Assembly: GCA_044352465.1 (NCBI GenBank)
Contig: JBILDU010000057.1
Coordinates: 1-19,294, forward strand
Reading direction: 5' to 3'
DNA length: 19,294 nt
Source: Bdellovibrionota bacterium
GTDB lineage: Bacteria; Bdellovibrionota_C; UBA2361
The translations under genes and the position numbers were made by a program. Below, piece by piece: positions 1 to 7,399 of the stretch; position 1 is the stretch's first letter; every line of letters begins with the position of its first letter. Below the pieces are notes generated by a model, which worked only from the letters and a program-made list of their open reading frames with translations, was not told where the DNA came from and ran no database searches.

Positions 1-801
1 TCGGCCGCCGAGATGTTCTACGACCTTGGCACCCTTCTGCCGGAGGGAAGTGCGGTCGGGGGGGGGTTCTTACAGATTTCGCGCCAGGCCACCCAAAGCT
101 ATAAGGGGCCGGCGCTCCAGCGGGGTGATGCTGAGCCGATCGGTGACCTCATCGATATGGAGGAGGAAGAGCAGGAGTCGCCACCACCAACGCGGCGCGC
201 TCCCGATCAATTCGCACCTCCCAGCCGTTCGCGTGGCGCAGCGACTGAGGTGGCGTTGCGTCCGGTTGAGCGGCAACCGACCCTAGAGGCTGCGCCATTT
301 TCAGCGGTTACCGCCGTGTCGCAAGCCTCACTTGGAAGACCGATGCGCCCCCGCGGGGCAACGGCCTCTCCGCCGGTCTCAGCGGGCCCCATCGATTTTT
401 CTGACGCTGGGGCTCAGCGGTATCAGGAGACCCAAGTCTTGCGAGCTGATGCGGTATTCGAGGATGGCGGAACCACCGACGACGATACCCTCCAGGAGCC
501 GATCAAGATGGAGCGAGTCCTCGCGTATCAGGACCTCGTTTCGCAGGGGTGGACCGAGGCGAAATCGATACCTGCTCGTCCGGTAACGTTAGGGCGGGGG
601 GGGATCGACGATGTGCGTCTGCGTAACCTCTCGCAGGTCGTTGACAGGATGAATCGTTCGATTTGGGTCGATGTTTTGACGTTGGTTTTGATCGTGTTGG
701 TCGGTGTGGGGGTAGGGTTTACCCTCCTGAAGATTTTTGTTCCGGAGGCTCCCGGAACGGCAGCGGTTCACACCAAAGCGGTGGAGGAGCTCTACGAGTA
801 G
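1..801 (+). CDS. 5'-truncated hypothetical membrane-anchored protein (acidic/Pro-rich linker, single C-terminal TM helix)
   Basis: The frame is open from base 1 (tcg gcc gcc gag atg), so the true start probably lies upstream of the window. It has a low-complexity EEEEQESPPP/Pro-Arg-Ala linker and a strongly hydrophobic segment IWVDVLTLVLIVLVGVGVGFTLL near the C-terminus. Stop TAG at 799-801. Confidence 0.7.
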   Translation, partial: SAAEMFYDLGTLLPEGSAVGGGFLQISRQATQSYKGPALQRGDAEPIGDLIDMEEEEQESPPPTRRAPDQFAPPSRSRGAATEVALRPVERQPTLEAAPFSAVTAVSQASLGRPMRPRGATASPPVSAGPIDFSDAGAQRYQETQVLRADAVFEDGGTTDDDTLQEPIKMERVLAYQDLVSQGWTEAKSIPARPVTLGRGGIDDVRLRNLSQVVDRMNRSIWVDVLTLVLIVLVGVGVGFTLLKIFVPEAPGTAAVHTKAVEELYE

Positions 802-886
802 GTGCCCGGCGTATTGTGGGGTAGCCACGGGCGGACTATAGTGGCTCCGGGAACCTAGGGACTCCCGCGGTAGCTGGTTAAAGCGT

Positions 887-925
887 CTTAAGGGGATAAT
901 TGATCCGCCTTAGGTTTTTGTTTTT
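887..925 (+). terminator. Intrinsic terminator-like hairpin upstream of cpaE
   Basis: CTTAAGG-GGAT (887-897) pairs with ATCC-G-CCTTAGG (903-914), followed by TTTTTGTTTTT (915-925). Confidence 0.5.
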
Positions 926-940
926 GGAAATTCGGCGCGC

Positions 941-2227
941 ATGAAACTTCTCATCGTTGATAACTCAACCGAGTCGCAAGCTTTCTGCGCCAAACGCATC
1001 GAGTCGTTCAATCAGAGCGATATGGAGATGCTCGACCTCAAGGTCAAGCTGGTGAATGAGCGTGACGCCGGGGAGCGCATCCAGGAGGCGGACGTCCTCG
1101 TCCTCGGGTCAGGGCTCGGAGACCGCGGAACAGCTATCGCTCGCCAGGCCATGGGAGCGGTACCGTGGCTTCATATTATCATGTTCGTCACCGATGAGGC
1201 TTACGGCGGGGGAGCTTTCCGTGCGGCACACTCTGCCGGTGTGCGTAAGGTTTTCCCCGATAGCGCTAGTCCGCTCGATTTTCTCCAGGAGCTGGTGGCG
1301 ATCCACGCTGAGTTTCGCCGCGAAGGGCGTACCCGCGAGGGAAAGGTCGTGGCGGTCGCCCACGCCAAAGGTGGAGTCGGAGCAACCTCGGTGGCGGCTG
1401 CTCTCGCCGAGGTGTGCAGTGTCTACCACCGCCGCACGATGTTGTGGGATCTCGACGTGGAGACCCGTGACCTGAGTCGTTCTTTGACCGTCAACGGTGT
1501 GGAGGCGAAGGTCGTCAGTGCGTGGGTGAACGGAAGTCGGGAGATATCGCGCGAATCGTTGAAGGATGCCCTTATCCCGATCAGCAGTGAAGTTTCGGTC
1601 TTGATGCCTCCGGATAGGATGGCTGAGTCGATGGACCTCGTCTGCCACACCGATGGCATGGCGATCACCCAACGGATCGTCGAGCTCTCGCGGGTGTTAT
1701 TCGATGTGATTATCGTTGATACCGGTGGACGGATGGGGCCCGCGACGGGGGCGTTGCTTCGCTCCGCCGACATCGTTGTCATCGTCATCGATGACACGAT
1801 TTTGGGGCTTACCGCCGTAGATCTGTACCTTACCTTTGTGAAGACCCTGGTCGGTGGCACCGACCGGATCGTCTTCCTCGTAAATCCGTACTCCGGCGCG
1901 CTCCTTGGGGTGGAGCAGATCGCAGCGGAGCTCGAACCGGCGCACCATCTGGGGGACGCACCGTGGCGTCTCCCACCGATCCCGAACGATCCGAAGGCGG
2001 CATTGTGGCCTGGGAGTGGTCGAACCCTTTACAGCATGGGGCAAAAGCAGACCCGCGTAGTCCTGGAGAGGATCGCGCGGGATCTTGGTTTGGTTGACGG
2101 GGGCGTCGGGGCTGCCCCGGGGGGCGCAGGTACCGCCGCTAGTGACGAGGTCTCCGAGGGTGGGGGGTGGCTCAATCGCCTTTTTAAAGGAAAGGGGTCC
2201 GGGAAGGTCGCGCCCCCCCGGGCATGA
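941..2227 (+). CDS. cpaE: Tad pilus CpaE/TadZ-family protein (pseudo-receiver domain + MinD/ParA-like ATPase domain)
   Basis: N-terminal receiver-like MKLLIVDN, deviant Walker A KGGVGATS typical of CpaE/TadZ, WDLD and FDVIIVDTG MinD-like motifs, C-terminal amphipathic GWLNRLF membrane-targeting-like helix, and tad context. Confidence 0.85.
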   Translation: MKLLIVDNSTESQAFCAKRIESFNQSDMEMLDLKVKLVNERDAGERIQEADVLVLGSGLGDRGTAIARQAMGAVPWLHIIMFVTDEAYGGGAFRAAHSAGVRKVFPDSASPLDFLQELVAIHAEFRREGRTREGKVVAVAHAKGGVGATSVAAALAEVCSVYHRRTMLWDLDVETRDLSRSLTVNGVEAKVVSAWVNGSREISRESLKDALIPISSEVSVLMPPDRMAESMDLVCHTDGMAITQRIVELSRVLFDVIIVDTGGRMGPATGALLRSADIVVIVIDDTILGLTAVDLYLTFVKTLVGGTDRIVFLVNPYSGALLGVEQIAAELEPAHHLGDAPWRLPPIPNDPKAALWPGSGRTLYSMGQKQTRVVLERIARDLGLVDGGVGAAPGGAGTAASDEVSEGGGWLNRLFKGKGSGKVAPPRA

Positions 2228-2282
2228 TGCTCGTTGTCTCCGTGTCCTTCCGCCTTCATGCGGTCAAGCTCGATCTCGAGTT

Positions 2283-2316
2283 AAATTAAAACCGCGTTAT
2301 TGTCGCGGTGTAATTT
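2283..2316. repeat. Inverted repeat (hairpin or operator) between cpaE and flp
   Basis: AAATTA..ACCGCG (2283-2296) / CGCGGT.TAATTT (2304-2316), 7-nt loop. Confidence 0.5.
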
Positions 2317-2404
2317 TAGGTCTTTAGCTTATGCGGAGACGCTGCTATTCTTGACCCCATTCCTGGAGAGTTATCTCTCAGGTGATATTGCCGGTTTTAG
2401 GTAA

Positions 2405-2441
2405 TGCTATTATCTATTTGCCGTTTTTTAAAGTGAAGGAG
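2405..2441 (+). promoter_or_regulatory. Putative extended -10 promoter and ribosome-binding site of the pilin gene
   Basis: TG-C-TATTAT at 2405-2413 matches TGnTATAAT with one mismatch. AAGGAG SD at 2436-2441 lies 5 nt before ATG 2447. AT-rich surroundings. Confidence 0.45.
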
Positions 2442-2446
2442 ATTTT

Positions 2447-2617
2447 ATGACGACGGAAAATAACGCAGTTCTGACCGAAGAGAGAGGTGCCACCCTGGTT
2501 GAGTACGCTCTCCTCGTTGGCCTGATTACGGTCCTTTGCATCGCCGCCATAACCACGATCGGCAAGAAGACTCAGGAGAAGTTTTCGCAAGTATCTTCAG
2601 CCCTCACAACACCATAA
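2447..2617 (+). CDS. flp: Flp/Fap type IVc (Tad) major pilin, 56 aa (not in the ORF track)
   Basis: Manual translation gives MTTENNAVLTEERG|ATLVEYALLVGLITVLCIAAITTIGKKTQEKFSQVSSALTTP*. It has the class III signal peptide G|xxxxEY Flp motif, a hydrophobic helix and the conserved C-terminal Phe. Strong AAGGAG SD, and it sits upstream of cpaB. Confidence 0.95.
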   Translation: MTTENNAVLTEERGATLVEYALLVGLITVLCIAAITTIGKKTQEKFSQVSSALTTP

Positions 2618-2620
2618 GAA

Positions 2621-2717
2621 TAGCACCGAACTAATTGTGGAGCGGTGTTAAGCTCGGTTGGTAAGTGCCCCTAAAAAGTCCCTTTGGCTTTAGGTGCGTG
2701 AGCCAGCCGAGTTTTTT
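2621..2717 (+). terminator. Tandem hairpins ending in an intrinsic terminator after flp
   Basis: Hairpin 1 is TAGCACCG (2621-2628) / CGGTGTTA (2643-2650). Hairpin 2 is CTCGGTTGG (2653-2661) / CCAGCCGAG (2703-2711) with an inner CCTAAA/TTTAGG stem, followed by T6 (2712-2717). Confidence 0.65.
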
Positions 2718-2733
2718 ATTGCCCAATTTCATC

Positions 2734-2760
2734 TTAAGCATTTGATATTTTAGCCGATAC
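2734..2760 (+). promoter_or_regulatory. Putative sigma28 (FliA/WhiG)-like promoter upstream of cpaB
   Basis: TTAA (2734-2737) - N15 - GCCGATAC (2753-2760) versus consensus TAAA-N15-GCCGATAA. It lies just after the pilin terminator and about 100 nt before cpaB. Confidence 0.5.
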
Positions 2761-2858
2761 TTACCTCGGGGAGTTGCGTCCTCTGTTGCGGTACATGAGC
2801 GGGTTCATCGCTCGGTTAAATTCTAGGTCACCGACGGGACGTTTTCGAGGTGGGGTCT

Positions 2859-3749
2859 ATGGCAAGACATTTCGGTGGTGGAAATCAGATGCGTCAATCG
2901 GAGCGGGCGCGAATCCTGCTCTTGGTTGGTGTTTTTGCGGTGTTGCTTTTCTCAACGCTCGCGTTTCTTTTCATCTCATCGGGTCCGACGACGGCGACGA
3001 CGAAGACGGTCGTTGTCGAGAAGGAGCCTGAGATCAAGATGGCCGACGTTCTGATCCCGGTCGGTGCGATCGAGCCCGGTCAGGTGCTTGAGCCGCTCAT
3101 GTTTCGAAAAGAGTCCCGCCCGCAAGTTGGTCTCTCTCCCCGCGTGGTAAAGGACTTCGAGGAGATCAAGGGGCACTTTTCTCGATCGCTTATTGTCGCC
3201 GATCAGCCCCTTCACCGAGACTACATTACGAACATCCGGCCAACCAACGCTCTCACCGTGAAGATCCCGGAGGGGTTTCGAGCGGTGACGATTAGCGTCG
3301 ACGCTAAAAGTTCAGTTGAGGGATGGGCTCGTCCGGGGGCGCGGGTAGACGTCGTGTGGGCCTCCCGAATTCGGGGGCAGCCGGCGGTTACCGAGATCGT
3401 GCAGAACGCCGAGGTCCTCTCCGCTGAGCGTCAGATCGATGCGAACACCAAAGCGGGGGGCATGGTGCCGAGTACGGTGACCCTGCTCGTGACCGCCAAG
3501 GACGCTGCCAAGATTCAACTCGCGCAAACGACCGGTTCACTTAGCCTAAACCTGCGGGGGGACAACGACGGTGGTCACGGTTCGGCCGGCGGGACCGTTA
3601 CCCTTGATGACCTGACCGGTAACCGTGAGCGCGCTCCGGAGCAGGCCGCGCCGGGTGGAACCGTGAAGATGCGGGGTAAAGACGGGAAGATGGAGGAGTG
3701 GGTCTTTCGCAATGGGAAGCTCGTCCCCGCGACGTTACGGGAAGAGTAG
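2859..3749 (+). CDS. cpaB: Flp pilus assembly protein CpaB/RcpC
   Basis: N-terminal TM helix, SAF-like segment (VLIPVGAIEPGQVL) and RcpC motifs IPEGFRAVTISVD..GWARPGARVDVV, QNAEVLS, TVTLLVT..A.KIQLAQ..GSLSLNLRG. Start placed at ATG 2859 because GAGGTG (2847-2852) is a well-spaced SD; the ORF track starts at GTG 2850. Confidence 0.93.
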   Translation: MARHFGGGNQMRQSERARILLLVGVFAVLLFSTLAFLFISSGPTTATTKTVVVEKEPEIKMADVLIPVGAIEPGQVLEPLMFRKESRPQVGLSPRVVKDFEEIKGHFSRSLIVADQPLHRDYITNIRPTNALTVKIPEGFRAVTISVDAKSSVEGWARPGARVDVVWASRIRGQPAVTEIVQNAEVLSAERQIDANTKAGGMVPSTVTLLVTAKDAAKIQLAQTTGSLSLNLRGDNDGGHGSAGGTVTLDDLTGNRERAPEQAAPGGTVKMRGKDGKMEEWVFRNGKLVPATLREE

Positions 3750-3861
3750 GCGGTTTTATTCGGCGTGGTTGAAGGGAAGCTCCTCGCCCGACAGTTATTC
3801 GGTCGGCGCCTCGTAGCCCTTCGGGACCACCCCGATTAGGAATTTTTGAGGATCGTACCGT

Positions 3862-5370
3862 ATGACTGGAGAAAAAGACAAAGAATCGTTGGTCGGGCTT
3901 TTCTCGACGCGAGCAACGCAGTCGCGGCCGATCGATCGGTCGACGATACTTCCGGCAACCCGTTCTCCATCGACCGCAGCGGGGCCGGCGGGTGAGCAGC
4001 CCAAGTCGATGCGTCCCCCCTCGACCCAAACCCAGCCGGTGAAACCACCAACCGATACCGCTCGGCACCAAAGTCGTTCGCGTCTCTCACCGCTGGCGAG
4101 CACGGTGCTACGGGAAGCTCGTCGCGAACTTGGAAGCGACTACAACCTCCAACAAGCATCGGAGGTGGGGCTTAACATTAGCGAAGCGAATATCGCGCAA
4201 GCGGTCGACCGGGTATTGAAACGACGCGCTGAACCGGTCGACGACATCGAGCGGGCGAACATCATCATCCATCTTCAGAAAGATCTGATGGGATGGGGGG
4301 TGCTGCAGCCGCTCATCGATAATCGAGAGGTCACCGACATCCACTGCTACGACCATCAGACCGTAGTGCTTCAGCGGGGTAAGGTCAGTGAGACTACGGG
4401 GCTGCATTGGCCGAACCAACAGGCCTATGTTGCGTTTATCGACCGTTTGCTGTTACGTCTCGGCAAATCGCTCTCCACTCAGCAGCATACCGTTGATGCC
4501 TCGTTTCCGAACGGGATACGGTTATGCGCTATCCACGAGAGTGTGTGTGGCTCGCGCGGTCCGTTATTGTGTATCCGGGTACCCCGGGTCATGGAAACAA
4601 CCCTCGATAGCTTGGTGACGTACCAAGTGGCTCCGCCCCTGATAGTCAATTACCTCGCTTCTTTGGTGCGGAGTGGCCGCTCGACGATGATGGTGGCGGG
4701 TGAAACCGGTACCGGAAAGACCACATTGATAAAGTGTCTCGGGACTCAGTTTGGTCCGGATGAATCGATCGTCGCGGTTGAGGATACACCCGAGCTTAAT
4801 TTCACCCACCCGTACTTTCGCTCCCTTGTCTCGCGTCCGGCAAATACGGAGGGAGTAGGTGAGGTGACGTTACAGGAGCATATCAAAACGACCCTCCGGA
4901 TGACCCCAACTCGGGTGCTGCTCGGAGAGATGCGAACGCCGTTTGCTGCTGAGGCGTTCCTAGAGAGCGCTCAGACCGGTCACGTGGGGATGTCGACGGT
5001 GCACGCCCGTAACGCACGGGAGACCCTTGTCCGTCTCGAGAGTCTCCTCGGGCGTGCGCAAAAATCGGTTTCGGTCGATATTATCCGGCAACAGATCGCC
5101 TTGGCGGTGGACACCGTCGTGTGGCTGTTTAGAGAAAAGGGAACGGGAAAGCCCCGTGTCGGAGAGATAATCGAGGTAGGTCATTTTGTCGAGGGTGTTA
5201 TCCAGGTTCGCCCGATGTTCACTTTGATTAAAACCGGCGAGCGACCGGTGTGGCGTGTAGACTCGTGGGCGAGCGCCTTCGACGATGTGCTCAGTGAGGA
5301 TGGGATCTATCTGGGAGACTCGCCGCAGGAGATCACCTTTGGTGCAGGGACCGGGCCGGGGCGCGGATAG
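3862..5370 (+). CDS. cpaF: Tad pilus motor ATPase CpaF/TadA
   Basis: GWGVLQPLI..EVTDI N-domain, Walker A GETGTGKTT, Asp box VEDTPEL, Walker B LRMTPTRVLLGEMR and His box TGHVGMSTVHA. Confidence 0.95.
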   Translation: MTGEKDKESLVGLFSTRATQSRPIDRSTILPATRSPSTAAGPAGEQPKSMRPPSTQTQPVKPPTDTARHQSRSRLSPLASTVLREARRELGSDYNLQQASEVGLNISEANIAQAVDRVLKRRAEPVDDIERANIIIHLQKDLMGWGVLQPLIDNREVTDIHCYDHQTVVLQRGKVSETTGLHWPNQQAYVAFIDRLLLRLGKSLSTQQHTVDASFPNGIRLCAIHESVCGSRGPLLCIRVPRVMETTLDSLVTYQVAPPLIVNYLASLVRSGRSTMMVAGETGTGKTTLIKCLGTQFGPDESIVAVEDTPELNFTHPYFRSLVSRPANTEGVGEVTLQEHIKTTLRMTPTRVLLGEMRTPFAAEAFLESAQTGHVGMSTVHARNARETLVRLESLLGRAQKSVSVDIIRQQIALAVDTVVWLFREKGTGKPRVGEIIEVGHFVEGVIQVRPMFTLIKTGERPVWRVDSWASAFDDVLSEDGIYLGDSPQEITFGAGTGPGRG

Positions 5371-5379
5371 GTTTTTAAC

Positions 5380-5409
5380 TCGGCGGGGCCCTCTTGAGGA
5401 TAGCGCCGA
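5380..5409 (+). other. Intergenic hairpin between cpaF and tadB
   Basis: TCGGCG (5380-5385) / CGCCGA (5404-5409) with an inner CCT/AGG stem. A T-run follows 6 nt later. Confidence 0.35.
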
Positions 5410-5472
5410 AACGATTTTTAAATTCAGCCTTGAGATGCTGCGGTCGGGTAGTAAGCGGAGCATAGGACGGAG

Positions 5473-6453
5473 ATGAATCTTACCGTTGTGATCGTGGCGG
5501 TGCTTTTGTTCCTCATGGCGGGGGTGGCCGCAGCTTTTTTCCTGGGGGTGTTCGGCGGGAGCAGCGGTGCGCGGGGTGGGGCACGCGCGAGCATGCGCTC
5601 TATCGTTGAAGCGCAACGGAACGCAACGACCAATCGCCGGGAGAAACCTCAAAAGGTAAGCGTTTTTCAAACTGCGAACGAGTCAAAGGTTCGAAAGGTC
5701 GTCTCGTCTCGGTTAACACTCGCGAAGAGACTAAAGTACGGCCAATGGAAGATGCCCCCCCTCGTATTCCATCTCTTGGAGCTCGGACTCAGCCTCGTCT
5801 CATTTAGTATCGTGGTGTCGTCGTTCAACGTTGTTATACAACTGCTCATGTTGACGACCGGGCCTATCTTTATGCGTTGGTGCCTCAATCGCTCGATCGA
5901 TAAGCGCTTTAAGGCCTTCGACCAGGATTATCCGTCGTTTCTCCTCTCCCTCGTGGGGCTTTTAAAAACCGGTATGAACGTGATGGGAGCCATTGAAGCT
6001 GCGGCTCAAGGGCTTGAGGAGGGATCGCTGGTGAAGCTCGAAGTTGAGCTGATGGTGGAGCGACTCCGTTTCGGAGTCTCCGAAGATAAATCGATCGGCT
6101 CCTTTGGCGAAGATATCTACCACCCCGAGATCGAGCTGTTCGTCCAAGCGCTTCTGCTTAGTCGGCGGGTCGGTGGCACGCTGTCCGACACCCTTGATCG
6201 TTTGGCGAAACAGGTGCGGAAGCGTCAGTTCTTCCGCTCCTCGGCGAGTGCCGCGGTGAGTATGCAGCGTGGTTCAATCTGGTTTATCATCGCGATACTT
6301 GGATTTATTCAACTATACCTTTACTCAGTATACCCCGAAGTGATCACGGGGGCTTGGAAAGATGAGCTCGGCTGGCAGGTTTGGCAAACTGGTATTCTCC
6401 TTATTTTCTTCGGTATTTTCTGGATACGACAAGTCACAAAGATTAGGACGTAG
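5473..6453 (+). CDS. tadB: Tad inner-membrane platform protein TadB (GspF/T2SSF domain)
   Basis: N-terminal TM helix, FDQDYPSFLLSLVGLLKTG, FVQALLLSRRVGGTLSDTLDRLA (TadB GG.L...L..L motif), C-terminal TM helices ending in KIRT, and its position after cpaF. Confidence 0.9.
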   Translation: MNLTVVIVAVLLFLMAGVAAAFFLGVFGGSSGARGGARASMRSIVEAQRNATTNRREKPQKVSVFQTANESKVRKVVSSRLTLAKRLKYGQWKMPPLVFHLLELGLSLVSFSIVVSSFNVVIQLLMLTTGPIFMRWCLNRSIDKRFKAFDQDYPSFLLSLVGLLKTGMNVMGAIEAAAQGLEEGSLVKLEVELMVERLRFGVSEDKSIGSFGEDIYHPEIELFVQALLLSRRVGGTLSDTLDRLAKQVRKRQFFRSSASAAVSMQRGSIWFIIAILGFIQLYLYSVYPEVITGAWKDELGWQVWQTGILLIFFGIFWIRQVTKIRT

Positions 6454-6455
6454 CG

Positions 6456-7388
6456 ATGGAAACGAACGTTATCATCGGTATCGTTGCGATAGTTTTCGCC
6501 CTGATCTCGGCGGGTGGTATCGTCGCTTACTTTTTTTTCCCGCGCCAACAGGTGGACATGCGCTCACTCATGGGATCGGGTGACGCGGCCGGACTGGGTA
6601 AGCCGAGCGAGGTTCGGGAGCGGATTAAAAACGATCCGTCGGGCGAGGAGCTTCAGAAGCTGAAGCAGATGACCCGCGCTAAAATGGCGACCCGTGCGGG
6701 CGCGGTAACCCTTGATGAGAAGTTCTTTCAGGCCGGAATCTTCTCAGACGAAGAGAAAGCCGACTTTCACCGACAGCGGCTCTTGGCGCCTATTATCTGC
6801 GGGCCGCTCACTGCGTTTATGCTCAGCGGTGTCGACACCTTGATTCTCGTGTGTGGCGCGATATTCGGTCTCCTATTCGGGATGCGCCTTCCCTACATAC
6901 TTCTCGACCGACGGATGAAAGCGCGGAGCGAGGAGATTATGTTCTATCTCCCCCTCGTTATCGAGCAGATCGCGATCGGAGTTAGCAGCTCGCTCGACAT
7001 CGGTCCGTGTCTTCAGCGGGTGGTTTCGATGGCTGATGAACGCGATAGCCATAACTGTGTGACTGAGCTCCTCCGCCACGTTCACTTTTACGTCAAGTCA
7101 GGTGCCTCGCTCGAGGATGCACTGAACGAGATCGGCAAGCTTTCGGGCCATACCGAGCTCAAGCACGCCTTCATGTCGCTATCGCAGGTGGCGAAGCACG
7201 GTGGTGAGATCACTCGGCAGCTACAAGAGCTTGCTGATGCAGTGGCGGGGCAACGCGAGACTAAGATCGAAGCAAAAATTAAAAAGCTGGAGCTTGCAGC
7301 TACCGGGCCCGTAGCGCTTGTGTTCGCCGGTTTTCTCATCATCCTCGTGATCGGTTTCGGTATTCAGATTAAGGACTCGTTCAACTAG
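6456..7388 (+). CDS. tadC: Tad inner-membrane platform protein TadC (GspF/T2SSF domain)
   Basis: LPYILLDRR..R..EI..YLPLVIEQIAIGVSSSL, ELKHAFMSLSQVAKHGGEITRQL and C-terminal P.ALVF TM helix. It starts 2 bp after the tadB stop. Confidence 0.9.
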   Translation: METNVIIGIVAIVFALISAGGIVAYFFFPRQQVDMRSLMGSGDAAGLGKPSEVRERIKNDPSGEELQKLKQMTRAKMATRAGAVTLDEKFFQAGIFSDEEKADFHRQRLLAPIICGPLTAFMLSGVDTLILVCGAIFGLLFGMRLPYILLDRRMKARSEEIMFYLPLVIEQIAIGVSSSLDIGPCLQRVVSMADERDSHNCVTELLRHVHFYVKSGASLEDALNEIGKLSGHTELKHAFMSLSQVAKHGGEITRQLQELADAVAGQRETKIEAKIKKLELAATGPVALVFAGFLIILVIGFGIQIKDSFN

Positions 7389-7399
7389 GGGGCCCCGTT

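Noticed and set aside
4960..5670. 236-aa - strand ORF
   Set aside because: Overlaps cpaF and tadB on the opposite strand and has no domain features.
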